Positions 1 to 13,090 of a stretch of DNA of 64,000 bases are shown here, in pieces; the stretch's first letter is position 1; each line of letters starts with the position of its first letter. The stretch is taken from the NCBI RefSeq assembly GCF_009834535.1, contig NC_045697.1, positions 119,352,001 to 119,416,000 on the forward strand, in the 5' to 3' direction. The position numbers and the translations under genes are program-made. This DNA comes from Camelus ferus. Taxonomy: Eukaryota. The notes below the pieces were generated by a model that was not told where the DNA came from, searched no databases, and saw only the letters and a list, made by a program, of their open reading frames with translations.

Positions 1-3000
1 AGACTGAGAAAACTGAGTTAAAGTTTCTCCTGCAACCCGTTCCCTATGTGCTAGATGAACGAAAGTCTCTACACATGCTCAGTTCTGAGAGTTAATTGTG
101 TTTGAAAGCAGTCATTCACCTAGCTTGATGGGAACACAAACTTTCTTTTAAGTTGCCAACTCAACTCCATACATATATATGGGGAGGTAGTAGCCCCAAC
201 TCTGTTTTAAGGTGAAAACTGCAGGAATTACAAACCGGAACCAGGAAATAGACTGAGAAAACACAGTAAGAGTTTCCCCTGCAACCCGTTCCCTTTGTGC
301 TAGCTGAAAAAATTCTCTCCACATGCTCAGTTCTGAGAGAAAAGTGTGTGTTAAAGCAGTACTTTACCTAGCTTGTTGGTAACCCAAAGTATCTATTCAG
401 TAGCAAACTCCACTCCATACTTATATATGGGGATGTACTAGCTCCATCTCGGTTTTACAGTGAAAACTGCAGGAACCTCAATTCGGCACTAGGAAACAGA
501 CTGAGAAACCAGAGTAAAATTTCTCCTGCAACCCGTTCTGTTTTGCTAGATGAACGAACGACACTCCACATGCTAGATTCTGAGAGATATGTGTGTGTGA
601 AAGCCGTCCTTCAACTAGCTTGTTGGGAACACAAAGTTTCTTTTAAGGTGCAAATTCCACTCCATACATATATATGGGGAGGTACTAGATCCAACTCGGT
701 TTTACAGTGAAAACTGCAGGAACTTCAAACCGGCACAAGGAAACAGACTGAGAAACCAGAGAAAAAGTTTCTACTGCAAGCTGTTCCCATTTTGCTAGAT
801 GAATGAATGTCTCTCCCCATGCTCAGTTCCGAGAGATAAGTGTGTGTGAAAGCAATCCTTCACCTAGCCTGTTGGGAACACAATGGTTCCTTCAGTTCCA
901 AACTCCACTCCATACATATATAAGGGGAGGTAATAGCTCCAACTCGGTTTTAAGTGAAAACTGCAGGAATTCAATCCGGCACTAGGAAACATGCTGAGAA
1001 ACCAGAGTTAAATTTTCTCCTGCAACACGTTCCCTTGGTGCTAGATGAATGAACGTCTCTCCACATGCACAGTTCTGAGAGATACGTGTGTGTGAAAGCC
1101 GTCCTTCACCTAGCTTTTTGGGAACACATTGGTACTTTCAGTTCAAAACACCAATCCATACATATATAAGGGGAGGAAATAGCTCCAACTCGGTTTTACA
1201 GTGAAAACTGCAGGAACTTCAAACCGGCACTAGGAAACAGACTGAGAAATCAGAGTTTAATTTTCCCCTGCAACCAGTTCCCTTTGTGCTAGATGAACGA
1301 AAGTCTCTCCACATTCTCAGTTCTGAGAGATAAGTGTGTGTGAAAGCCGTCATTCACATAGCTTGTTGGGAACACAAAGATTCATTTCAGTTGAAAACTC
1401 CACTCCATATATTTATATGGGTTGGTACAAACTCCAACTCGGTTTTACAGTGAAAACTGCAGGAACTTCAAACCGGCACTAGGAAACAGACTGAGAAACC
1501 AGAGTAATAGTTTCTCCTGCAAACCATTCCCTTTGTGCTAGATGAACGAACGTCTCACCACATGCTCACTTCTGAGAGATAAGTGAGAGTTAAAGCCGTC
1601 ATTCAACTAGCTTGTTGGGAACACAAAATTTCTTTTTAGTTGCAAACTCCACACCATACATATATATGGGGAGGTACTAGATCCAACTCTGTTTTAAAGT
1701 GAGAACTGCAAGAACTTCAACCGGCACTAGGAAACAGACTGAGAAACCACAGGACATCTTTCTCATGCAACCCATTCCATTTGTGCTAATTGAACGAAAG
1801 TCTCTCCTCATGCTCAGTTCTGAGAGATAAGTGTGTGTGAAAGCCGTCCTTTACCTTGCTTGTTGTTAACACAAAGTTTCTTATCAGTAGCAAACTCCAC
1901 TCCATACTTATATATGGGGAGGTACTAGCTCCATCTCGGTTTTACAGTGAAAACTGCAGGAACCTCAAATCGGCACTAGGAAACAGACTGAGAAACCAGA
2001 GTAAAGTTTCTCTTGCAACCCGTTCTTTTTTGCTAGATGAACGAAGGACACTCCACATGCTAGATTCTGAGAGATAAGTGTGTGTGAAAGCCGTCCTTCA
2101 ACTAGCTTGTTGGGAACACAAAGTTTCTTTTAAGGTGCAAATCCCACTCCATACATATATATTGGGAGTTACTAGATCCAACTCGGTTTTACAGTGAAAA
2201 ATGCAGGAACTTCAAACCGGCACTAGGAAACAGATTGTGGAAACAGAGTTAAAGTTTCTACTTCAACACTTTCCATTTGTGCTAGATGAACGAACTTCTC
2301 CCCACAAGCTAAGTTCTGAGAGATATGTGTGTGTGAAAGCCGTACTTCAAATATCTTGTTGGGTACACAAAGTTTCTTTTCAGTTTCAAATTCCACTCCA
2401 TATATTTATATGGGTTTGTACTAACTCCATCTCGGTTTTACAGTGAAAACTGCAGGAACTTCAAACCGGCACTAGGAAACAGACTGAGAAACCAGAGTAA
2501 AAGTTTCTAATGCAACCCTTTCCCTTGGTGCTAAATGAACGAACGTCTCATCACATGCTCACTTCTGAGAGAAAAGTGTGTGTGAAAGCCGTCCTTCACC
2601 TATCTTGTTGTGAACACAAAGTTTCTTTTCAGGTGCAAACTCCACTCAATACATATATAAGGGTGGGTACTAGCTCCAAGTCGGTTTTACAGTGAAAACT
2701 GCAGGAACTACCAACCGGCATTAGGAAACAGACTGAGAAACCAGAGTAAAAGTTTCTCCTGTAAACCATTCCCTTTCTGCTACATGAACGAAAGTCCCTC
2801 CTCATGTTCAGTTCTGAAAAATAAGTGAGTGTGAAAGCCGTCCTTCAACTAGCTTGTTGGGAACACAATGTTTCTTCCAGGTGCATGCTCCACTCCATAC
2901 ATATATAAAGGGAGGTACTTGCTCCAACTCGGTTTTACAGTGAAAACTGCAGGAACTTCAAACCGGCACTAGGAAACGGAATGAGAAACCAGAGTAAAAT

Positions 3001-6000
3001 TTCCCTGCAACACGTTCCCTTTGTGCTTGATGAACGAACGTCTCTCCACATGCTCAATTCTGAGAGATAATTGTGTGTGAAAGAGTCCTTCATCTAGCTT
3101 GTGGGAACACAAAGTTTCTTTTCATTTGTAAACTCCACACCATACATATATAAAGGGATGTACTAGCTCCGACTCGGATTTTACAGTGAAAACTGCATTA
3201 AATTCAAACTGTCACTAGGAAACAGACTGAGAAATCAGATTAAATTTTCTCCTGCAAACCGTTTTTTTGGTGCTATGTGAACGAACGTCTCTCCACATGC
3301 CCAGTTCTGAGAGATAATTGTGTGTGAATGCCGTACTTCACATAACTTGTTGGGAACACAAAGTTTCTTTTCAGTTTCAAATTACACTCCATATATTTAT
3401 ATGGGGTGGAACTAACTCCAACTCGGTTTTATAGTGAAATCTGCACGATCATCAAACCGGCACTAGGAAACAGACTGAGAAATCAGATTAAATTTTCTCC
3501 TGCAAACCGTTTCTTTGGTGCTAGATGAACGAACGTCTCTCCACATGCCCAGTTCTGAGAGATAATTGTGTGTGAATGCCGTACTTCACATAACTTGTTT
3601 GGAACACAAAGTTTCTTTTCAGTTTCAAACTACACTCCATATATTTAAAAGGGGTGGTACAAACTCCAACTCGGTTTTACAGTGAAAACTGCAGGAATTT
3701 CAAACCGGCACTAGGAAACAGAATGAGAAACCAAAGTAAAAGTTTCTCCTTCAAACTTTCCCTTTGGGCTAGATGAACGAACGTCTCTCCACAAGCAAAT
3801 TTCTGAGAGATAATTGTGTGTGAAAGCCATCCTTCAAATAACTTGTTGGGTACACAAAGTTTCTTTTCAGTTTCAAACTCCATTCCATATATTTATATGG
3901 GGTGGTACTATCTCCAACTCGGTTTTACAGTGAAAACTGCAGGAACTTCAAACGGTCACTAGGAAACCGTCTGAGAAAACAGAGTAAAAGTTTCTCCTGC
4001 CAACAGTTCCCTTTGTGCTAGATGAATGAATGTCTCTCCACATGCTCAGTTCTGAGAGATAAGTGTGTGTGAAAGCCGTCCTTCAACTAGCTTGTCGGGA
4101 ACACAAAGTTTGTTTCAGGTGCAAACCCCATTCCATACATTTATATGGGGAGGTACTAGCCCCAACTCTGTTTTAAGGTGAAAACTGCAGGAATTTCAAA
4201 CCGGAACCAGGAAATAGACTGAGAAAACACAGTAAGAGTTTCCCATGCAACCCGTTCCCTTTGTGCTAGCTGAAAAAATTCTCTCCACATGCTCAGTTCT
4301 GAGAGACAAGTGTGTGTTAAAGCAGTACTTTACCTAGATTGTTGGTAACCCAAAGTTTCTATTCAGTAGCAAACTCCACTCCATACTTATATATGGGGAT
4401 GTACTAGCTCCATCTCGGTTTTACAGTAAAAACTGCAGGAACCTCAAATCGGCACTAGGAAACAGACTGAGAAACCAGAGTAAAATTTCTCCTGCAACCC
4501 GTTCTTTTTTGCTAGATGAACGAACGACACTCCACATGCTAGATTCTGAGAGATAAGTGTGTGTGAAAGCCGTCCTTCAACTAGCTTGTTGGGAACACAA
4601 AGTTTCTTTTAAGGTGCAAATTCCACTCCATACATATATATTGGGAGTTACTAGATCCAACTCGGTTTTACAGTGAAAAATGCAGGAACTTCAAACCGGC
4701 ACTATGAAACAGATTGTGGAACAGAGTTAAAGTTTCTACTTCAACACTTTCCATTTGTGCTAGATGAACGAACTTTCTCCCCACAAGCTAAGTTCTGAGA
4801 GATAAGTGTGTGTGAAGCCGTACTTCAAATATCTTGTTGGGTACACAAAGTTTCTTTTCAGTTTCAAATTCCACTCCATATATTTACATGGGTTTGTACT
4901 AACTCCATCTCGGTTTTACAGTGAAAACTGCAGGAACTTCAAACCGGCACTAGGAAACAGACTGAGAAACCAGAGTAAAAGTTTCTAATGCAACCCGTTC
5001 CCTTGGTGCTAAATGAACGAACGAATCTCCACATGCTCTGTTCTGAGAGAAAAGTGTGTGTGAAAGCCGTCCTTCACCTATCTTGTTGTGAACACAAAGT
5101 TTCTTTTCAGGTGCAAACTCCACTCAATACATATATAAGGGGGGGTACTAGCTCCAACTCGGTTTTACAGTGAAAACTGCAGGAACTACCAACCGGCATT
5201 AGGAAAAATACTGAGAAACCAGAGTAAAAGTTTCTCCTGCAAACCATTCCCTTTCTGCTACATGAACGAAAGTCCCTCCTCATGTTCAGTTCTGAAAAAT
5301 AAGTGAGTGTGAAAGCCGTCCTTCAGCTAGCTTGTCGGGAACACAATGTTTCTTTCAGGTGCATACTCCACTCCATACATATATAAAGGGAGGTACTTGC
5401 TCCAACTCGGTTTTACAGTGAAAACTGCAGGAACTTCAAACCGGCACTAGGAAACGGAATGAGAAACCAGAGTAAAATTTCTCCTGCCACCCGTTCTTTT
5501 TTCTAGATGAACGAACGACACTCCACATGCTAGATTCTGAGAGATAAGTGTGTGTGAAAGAGTCCTTCATCTAGCTTGTGGGGAACACAAAGTTTCTGTT
5601 CATTTGTAAACTCCACACCATACATATATAAAGGGATGTACTAGCTCCGACTCGGTTTTACAGTGAAAACTGCATTAAATTCAAACTGTCACTAGGAAAC
5701 AGACTGAGAAATCAGATTAAATTTTCTCCTGCAAACCGTTCTTTTGGTGCTATGTGAACGAACGTCTCTCCACATGCCCAGTTCTGAGAGATAATTGTGT
5801 GTGAATGCCGTACTTCACATAACTTGTTGGGAACACAAAGTTTCTTTTCAGTTTCAAATTACACTCCATATATTTATATGGGGTGGAACAAACTCCAACT
5901 CGGTTTTATAGTGAAAACTGCACGATCATCAAACCGGCACTAGGAAACAGACTAGAAACCAGAGTAAAAGATTCTCCTGCAAACCATTCCTTTCGTGCTA

Positions 6001-9000
6001 GATGAAAGAACGTCTCACCACATGCTAACTTCTGAGAGATAAGTGAGTGTGAATGCCGTCCTTCAGCTAGCTTGTTGGGAACACAAAATTTCTTTTTAGT
6101 TGCAAACTCCACACCATACATATATATGGGGAGGTACTAGATCCAACTCTGTTTTAAAGTGAGAACTGCAAGAACATCAAACCGGCACTAGGAAACAGAC
6201 TGAGAAACCACAGGAAATCTTTCTCTGCAACCCATTCCATTGTGGCTAATTGAACGACAGTCTCTCCTCATGATCAGTACGGAGAGATAAGTGGTGTGTG
6301 AAAGCCATCCTTTACCTTGCTTGTTGTTAAAACAAAGTTTCTTATCAGTAGCAAAACTCCACTCCATACTATATATGGGGAGGTACTAGCTCATTTCGGT
6401 TTTACAGTGAAAACTGCAGGAACCTCAAATCGGCACTAGGAAACAGACTGAGAAACCAGAGTAAAATTTCTACTGCCACCGTTCTTTTTTCTAGATGAAC
6501 GAAACGACACTCCACATGCTAGATTCTGAGAGATAAGTGTGTGTGAAAGCCGTCCTTCAACTAGCTTTTTGGGAACACAAAGTTCTTTTAAGGTGCAAAT
6601 TCCACTCCATACATATATATTGGGAGGTACTAGATCCAACTCGGTTTTAACAGTGAATACTGCAGGAACTTCATACCGGCACTAGGAAACAGAATTAGAA
6701 ACCAGAGAAAAGGTTTCTCCTGCAACCCTTCCCATTGTGTCTAGATGAACGATCGTCTCTCCACATGCCCAGTTCTGAGAGTTAAGTGTGTGTGAAAGAA
6801 GTCCTTCACCTAGTTTTTTGGGAACAAAAGTTTTCTTTTCAGGTGCAAAACACCAATCCATACATATATATGGGAGGTACTAGCTCCAACTCCGTTTAAA
6901 GTGAAAACTGCAGGAAATTCAATCCGGCACTAGGAAACAAGAATTAGAACCAAAGTAAAAGTTTCTCTTCAAATTTCCCTTGGGCTAGATGAACGAACGT
7001 CTCTCCACAAGCAAATTTCTGAGAGACATTGTGTGTGAAAGACATTCTTCAAATGTCTTGTTGGGTACACAAAGTTTCTTTTCAGTTTCAAACTCCATTC
7101 ATATATTTATATGGGGGTTGGTACTATCTCCAACTCGGTTTACAGTGAAACTGCAGGAACTTCAAAACGGTCACTAGGAAACAGACGAGAAACCCAGAGT
7201 AAAATTTCTCCTGCACCCGTTCTTTTTTCTAGATTAACGAACCGACACTCCACATGCTAGATTCTGAGAGATAAGTGTGTGTGGAAAGCCGTCCTTCAAC
7301 TAGCTTTTTGGGAACACAAAGTTCTTTTAAGGTGCAAATTCCACTCTATACATATATATGGGGAGGTACTAGATCCAAACTCGGTTTTACAGTGAAAAAC
7401 TGCCAGGAAATTCAAACGGGTCACTAGAAACAGACTGAGAAACCAGAGTAATAGTTTCTCCGCCAAGAGTTCCCTTTGTGCTAGATGAATGAATGTCTCT
7501 CCACATGCTCAGTTCTGAGAGATAAGTGTGTGAGAAAGCCGTCCTTCAACTAGCTTGTCGGGAACACAAAGTTTTTTTCAGGTGCAAACCCCATTCCATA
7601 CATTTATATGGGGAGGTACTAGCCTCCACACGGTTTTTACATTGAAAACTGCAGGAACTTCAACCGGTACTAGAACAGACTGAGAAAAGAGATTAAAATT
7701 TTCCCCTGCGCAACCCGTTCCCTTGGTGCTAATAAACCGAAAGTCTCTCCACCATGCTCAGTTTCTGAGAGATAAGTGTGTGTTAAAGCCGTCCTTCACC
7801 TTGATTGTTGGGAACACAAGTTTCTATTCAGGTGCAAACTCCACTCCATACATATATATGGGGAGATACAAGCTCAAACTCGATTTTTACAGTGAAAAAT
7901 GCAGGGAATACAAACCAAGCACTAGGAAACAGACTGAGAATCCAGAGTAAAAGTCCTCCTGCAACCAGTTCCCTTTGTGCCAGATGAACGAATCTCTCCA
8001 CATGCTCAGTTCTGAGGGATAAGTGGTGTGTGAAAGCCGTCCTTCTCCTAAATTGTTGGGAAAAACAATGTTTCTTTCAGTTCGAAAACCCCACTCCATA
8101 CATAAATGGGGCAGGTACTAGCTCCAAATCTTTTTACAGTGAAACTGCAGGAACTTCAACTGGCACTTGGAAACAGACTGGAAAACTGAGTTAAAGTTTC
8201 TCCTGCAACCCGTTCCCTATGTGCTAGATGAACGAAAGTCTCTACATATGCTCAGTTCTGAGAGTTAATTGTGTTTGAAGCAGTCATTCACCTAGCTTGA
8301 TGGAACACAAACTTTCTTTTAAGTTGCCAACTCAACTCCATACATATATATGGGGAGGTAGTAGCCCACTCTGTTTAAGGTGAAAACTGCAGGAATTTCA
8401 AACCGGAACCAGGAAATAGACTGAAAACACAGTAAGAGTTTCCCCTGCAACCCGTTCCCTTTGTGCTAGCTGAAAAAATTCTCTCCACATGTCAGGTCTG
8501 AGATCAAAATTGTGTGTTAAAGCAGTACTTTACCTAGCTTGTTGGTACCCAAAGTTTCTATTCAGTAGCAAACTCCACTCCATACTTATATAGGGGATGT
8601 ACCTAGCTCATNNNNNNNNNNNNNNNNNNNNNNNNNNNNNNNNNNNNNNNNNNNNNNNNNNNNNNNNNNNNNNNNNNNNNNNNNNNNNNNNNNNNNNNNN
8701 NNNNNNNNNNNTCCCTGCAACACGTTCCCTTTGTGCTTGATGAACGAACGTCTCTCCACATGCTCAATTCTGAGAAATAATTGTGTGTGAAAGAGTCCTT
8801 CATCTAGCTTGTGGGGAACACAAAGTTTCTTTTCATTTGTAAACTCCACACCATACATATATAAAGGGATGTACTAGCTCCGACTCGGGTTTTTACAGTG
8901 AAAACTGCATTAAATTCAAACTGTCACTAGGAAACAGACTGAGAAATCAGATTAAATTTCTCCTGCAAAACCGTTCTTTTGGTGCTATGTGAACGAACGT

Positions 9001-12000
9001 CTCTCCACATGCCCAGTTCTGAGAGATAATTGTGTGTGGAATGCCGTACTTCACATAACTTGTTGGGAACACAAAGTTTCTTTTCAGTTTCAAATTACAC
9101 TCCATATATTTATATGGGGTGGAACAAACTCCAACTCGGTTTTATAGTGAAAACTGCACGATCATCAAAACCGGCACTAGGAAACAGACTAGAAACCAGA
9201 GTAAAAGATTCTCCTGCAACCATTCCTTTCGTGCTAGATGAAGAACGTCTCACCACATGCTAACTTCTGAGAGATAAGTGAGTGTGAATGCCGTCCTTCA
9301 GCTAGCTTGTTGGGAACACAAAATTTCTTTTTAGTTGCAAACTCCACACCATACATATATATGGGGAGGTACTAGATCCAACTCTGTTTTAAGTGAGAAC
9401 TGGCAAGAACATCAAACCGGCACTAGGAAACAGACTGAGAAACCACAGGACATCTTTCTCCTGCAACCCATTCCATTTGTGCTAATTGAACGAAAGTCTC
9501 TCCTCATGCTCAGTACGGAGAGATAAGTGTGTGTGAAAGCCATCCTTTACCTTGCTTGTTGTTAACACAAGTTTCTTATCAGTAGCAAACTCCACTCCAT
9601 ACTTATATATGGGGAGGTACTAGCTCCATCTCGGTTTTACAGTGAAAACTGCAGGAACCTCAAATCGGCACTAGGAAACAGACTGAGAAACCAGAGTAAA
9701 ATTTCTCCTGCAACCCGTTCTTTTTTGCTAGATGAACGAACGACACTCCACATGCTAGTTTCTGAGAGATAAGTGTGTGTGAAAGCCGTCCTTCAACTAG
9801 CTTTTTGGGAACACAAAGTTTCTTTTAAGGTGCAAATTCCACTCCATACATATATATTGGGAGGTACTACATCCAACTCGGTTTTACAGTGAATACTGCA
9901 GGAACTTCAAACCGGCACTAGGAAACAGACTTAGAAACCAGAGAAAAGGTTCTCCAGCAACCCATTCCCATTGTGCTAGATGAACGAACGTCTCTCCACA
10001 TGCCCAGTTCTGAGAGTTAAGTGTGTGTGAAAGAAGTCCTTCACCTAGTTTGTTGGGAACACAATGTTTCTTTCAGGTGCAAACACCAATCCATACATAT
10101 ATATGGGAGGTACTATCTCCAACCCCGTTTTAAAGTGAAATCTGCAGGAAATTCAATCCGGCACTAGGAAACAGAATTAGAAACCAAAGTAAAAGTTTCT
10201 CCTTCAAACCTTTCCCTTTGGGCTAGATGAACGAACGTCTCTCCACAAGCAAATTTCTGAGAGATATTTGTGTGTGAAAGACATACTTCAAATATATTGT
10301 TGGGTACACAAAGTTTCTTTTCAATTTCAAACTCCATTCCATATATTTATATGGGGTGGTACTATCTCCAACTCGGTTTTACAGTGAAAACTGCAGGAAC
10401 TTCAAACGGTCACTAGGAAACCGTCTGAGAAAACAGAGTAAAAGTTTCTCCTGCCAACCGTTCCCTTTGTGCTACATGAATGAATGTCTCTCCACATGCT
10501 CAGTTCTGAGAGATAAGTGTGTGTGAAAGCCGTCCTACATCTAGTTTGTTGGGAACACAATGTTTCTTTCAGGTGCATACTCCACTCCATACATATATAA
10601 AGGGAGGTACTTGCTCCAACTCGGTTTTACAGTGAAAACTGCAGGAACTTCAAAATGGCACTAGGAAACGGAATGAGAAACAACAGTAAAATTTCCCTGC
10701 AACACGTTCCTTTGTGCTTGATGAACGAACGTCTCTCCACATGCTCAGTTCTGAGAGATTAGTGTGTGTGAAAGAGTCCTTCACCTAGATTGTGGGGAAC
10801 ACAAAGTTTCTTTTCATTTGTAAACTCCACTCCATACATATATAAAGGGAGGTACTAGCACCGATTCGGGTTTTACAGTGAAAACTGCAGGAAATTCAAA
10901 CCGTCACTAGGAAACAGACTGAGAAATCAGATTAAATTTTCTCCTGCATACCTTTTCTTTGGTGCTAGATGAACGAACGTCTCTCCACATGCCCAGTTCT
11001 GAGAGATAATTGTGTGTGAATGTCGTACTTCACATAACTTGGTTGGAACACAAAGTTCTTTTCAGTTTCAAACTACACTCCATATATTTAAAAGGGGTGG
11101 TACAAACTCCAACTCGGTTTTACAGTGAAAACTGCAGGAATTTCAAACCGGCACTAGGAAACAGACTGAGAAACCAGAGTAATAGTTTCTCCTGCAAACC
11201 ATTCCCTTTGTGTTAGATGAACGAACGTCTCACCACATGCTCACTTCTGAGAGATAAGTGAGAGTTAAAGCCGTCATTCAACTAGCTTGTTGGGAACACA
11301 AAATTTCTTTTTAGTTGCAAACTCCACACCATACATATATATGGGGAGGTACTAGATCCAACTCTGTTTTAAAGTGAGAACTACAAGAACTTCAAACCGG
11401 CACTAGGAAACAGACTGAGAAACCACAGGACATCTTTCTCCTGCAACCCATTCCATTTGTGCTAATTGAACGAAAGTCTCTCCTCATGCTCAGTTCGGAG
11501 AGATAAGTGTGTGTGATAGCCGTCCTTTACCTTGCTTGTTGTTAACACAAAGTTTCTTATCAGTAGCAAACTCCACTCCATACTTATATATGGGGAGGTA
11601 CTAGCTCCATCTCGGTTTTACAGTGAAAACTGCAGGAACCTCAAATCGGCACTAGGAAACAGACTGAGAAACCAGAGTAAAGTTTCTCTTGCAACCCGTT
11701 CTTTTTGCTAGATGAACGAAGGACACTCCACATGCTAGATTCCTGAGAGATAAGTGTGTGTGAAAGCCGTCCTTCAACTAGCTTGTTGGGAACACAAAGT
11801 TTCTTTTAAGTTGCAAATTCCACTCCATACATATATATTGGGAGGGTACTAGATCCAACTCGGTTTTACAGTGAAAAATGCAGGAACTTCAAACCGGCAC
11901 TAGGAAACAGATTGTGGAAACAGATTTAAAGATTCTACTTCAAACCTTTCCCTTTGTGCTAGATGAACGAACGTCTCCCCACAATTTAAGTTCTGAGAGA

Positions 12001-13090
12001 TAAGTGTGTGTGAAAGCCGTACTTCAAATATCTTGTTGGGTACACAAAGTTTCTTTTCAGTTTCAAACTCCACTCCACATATTTATATGGGTTTGTACTA
12101 ACTCCATCTCGGTTTTACAGTGAAAACTGCAGGAACTTCAAACCGGCACTAGGAAACAGACTGAGAAACCAGAGTAAAAGTTTCTAATGCAACCCGTTCC
12201 CTTGGTGCTAAATGAACGAACGAATCTCCACATGCTCAGTTCTGAGAGAAAAGTGTGTGTGAAAGCCGTCCTTCACCTATCTTGTTGTGAACACAAAGTT
12301 TCTTTTCAGGTGCAAACTCCACTCAATACATATATAAGGGGGGGTACAAGCTCCAACTCGGTTTTACAGTGAAAACTGCACGATCATCAAACCAGCACTA
12401 GGAAACAGACTAGAAACCACAGTAAAAGATTCTCCTGCAAACCATTCCCTTCGTGCTAGATGAAAGAACGTCTCACCACATGCTAACTTCTGAGAGATAA
12501 GTGAGAGTGAAAGCCGTCCTTCAGCTAGCTTGTTGGGAACACAAAATTTCTTTTTAGTTGCAAACTCCACACCATACATATATATGGGGAGGTACTACAT
12601 CCAACTCTGTTTTAAAGTGAGAACTGCAAGAACTTCAAACCGGCACTAGGAAACAGACTGAAAAACCACAGGAAATCTTTCCCTGCAACCCATTCCATTT
12701 GTGCTAATTGAACGAAAGTCTCTCCTCATGCTCAGTACGGAGAGATAAGTGTGTGTGAAAGCCGTCCTTTAACTTGCTTGTTGTTAACACAATTTTCTTA
12801 TCAGTAGCAAACTCCACTCCATACTTATATATGGGGAGGTACTAGCTCCATCTCGGTTTTACAGTGAAAACTGCAGGAACCTCAAATCGGCACTAGGAAA
12901 CAGACTGAGAATCCAGAGTAAAATTTCTCCTGCAACCCGTTCTTTTTTGCTAGATGAACGAACGAAACTACACATGCTAGATTCTGAGAGATAAGTGTGT
13001 GTGAAAGCCGTCCTTCAACTAGCTTGTTGGGAACACAAAGTTTCTTTTAAGGTGCAAATTCCACTCCATACATATATATTGGGAGGTACT
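1..13090 (+). repeat. Satellite domain 1: distinct monomer subfamily arranged as irregular, reshuffled multimer blocks
   Basis: Private diagnostic variants recur at irregular whole-monomer offsets: GCTGAAAAAATTCTC (~303, 4269, 8469), GATTGTGG (~2233, 4712, 11910), CTGCATTAAATTC (~3193, 5670, 8905), GCTAATTGAACG (~1785, 6245, 9481, 11461, 12703), CTGCACGATCATC (~3441, 5918, 9153, 12376). I did not see these markers after ~13.1 kb. Confidence 0.85.
8612..8711. other. Assembly gap (100 N, unknown true size)
   Basis: Run of exactly 100 N. Confidence 0.99.

Noticed and set aside
170..190. TATATA / GTGTGTGTG tracts as TATA-box promoters or microsatellite loci
   Set aside because: They are fixed short parts of every monomer, with no associated gene and no independent expansion.
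1..249. Assignment to primate alpha satellite or another named family or species
   Set aside because: The monomer is ~248 bp, not 171 bp. Shared short words (TTCTGAGA, CAACTCTGT, CACAAAG) are too short to show homology, and I cannot run a database search.
615..640. CENP-B box-like motif in CTAGCTTGTTGGGAACAC
   Set aside because: It resembles CTTCGTTGGAAACGGGA only superficially and lacks the essential TTCG and CGGG nucleotides (NTTCGNNNNANNCGGGN).
8586..8858. ORFs spanning N runs (also 8603-8803 and 40391-40591)
   Set aside because: These are artefacts of translating through assembly gaps.
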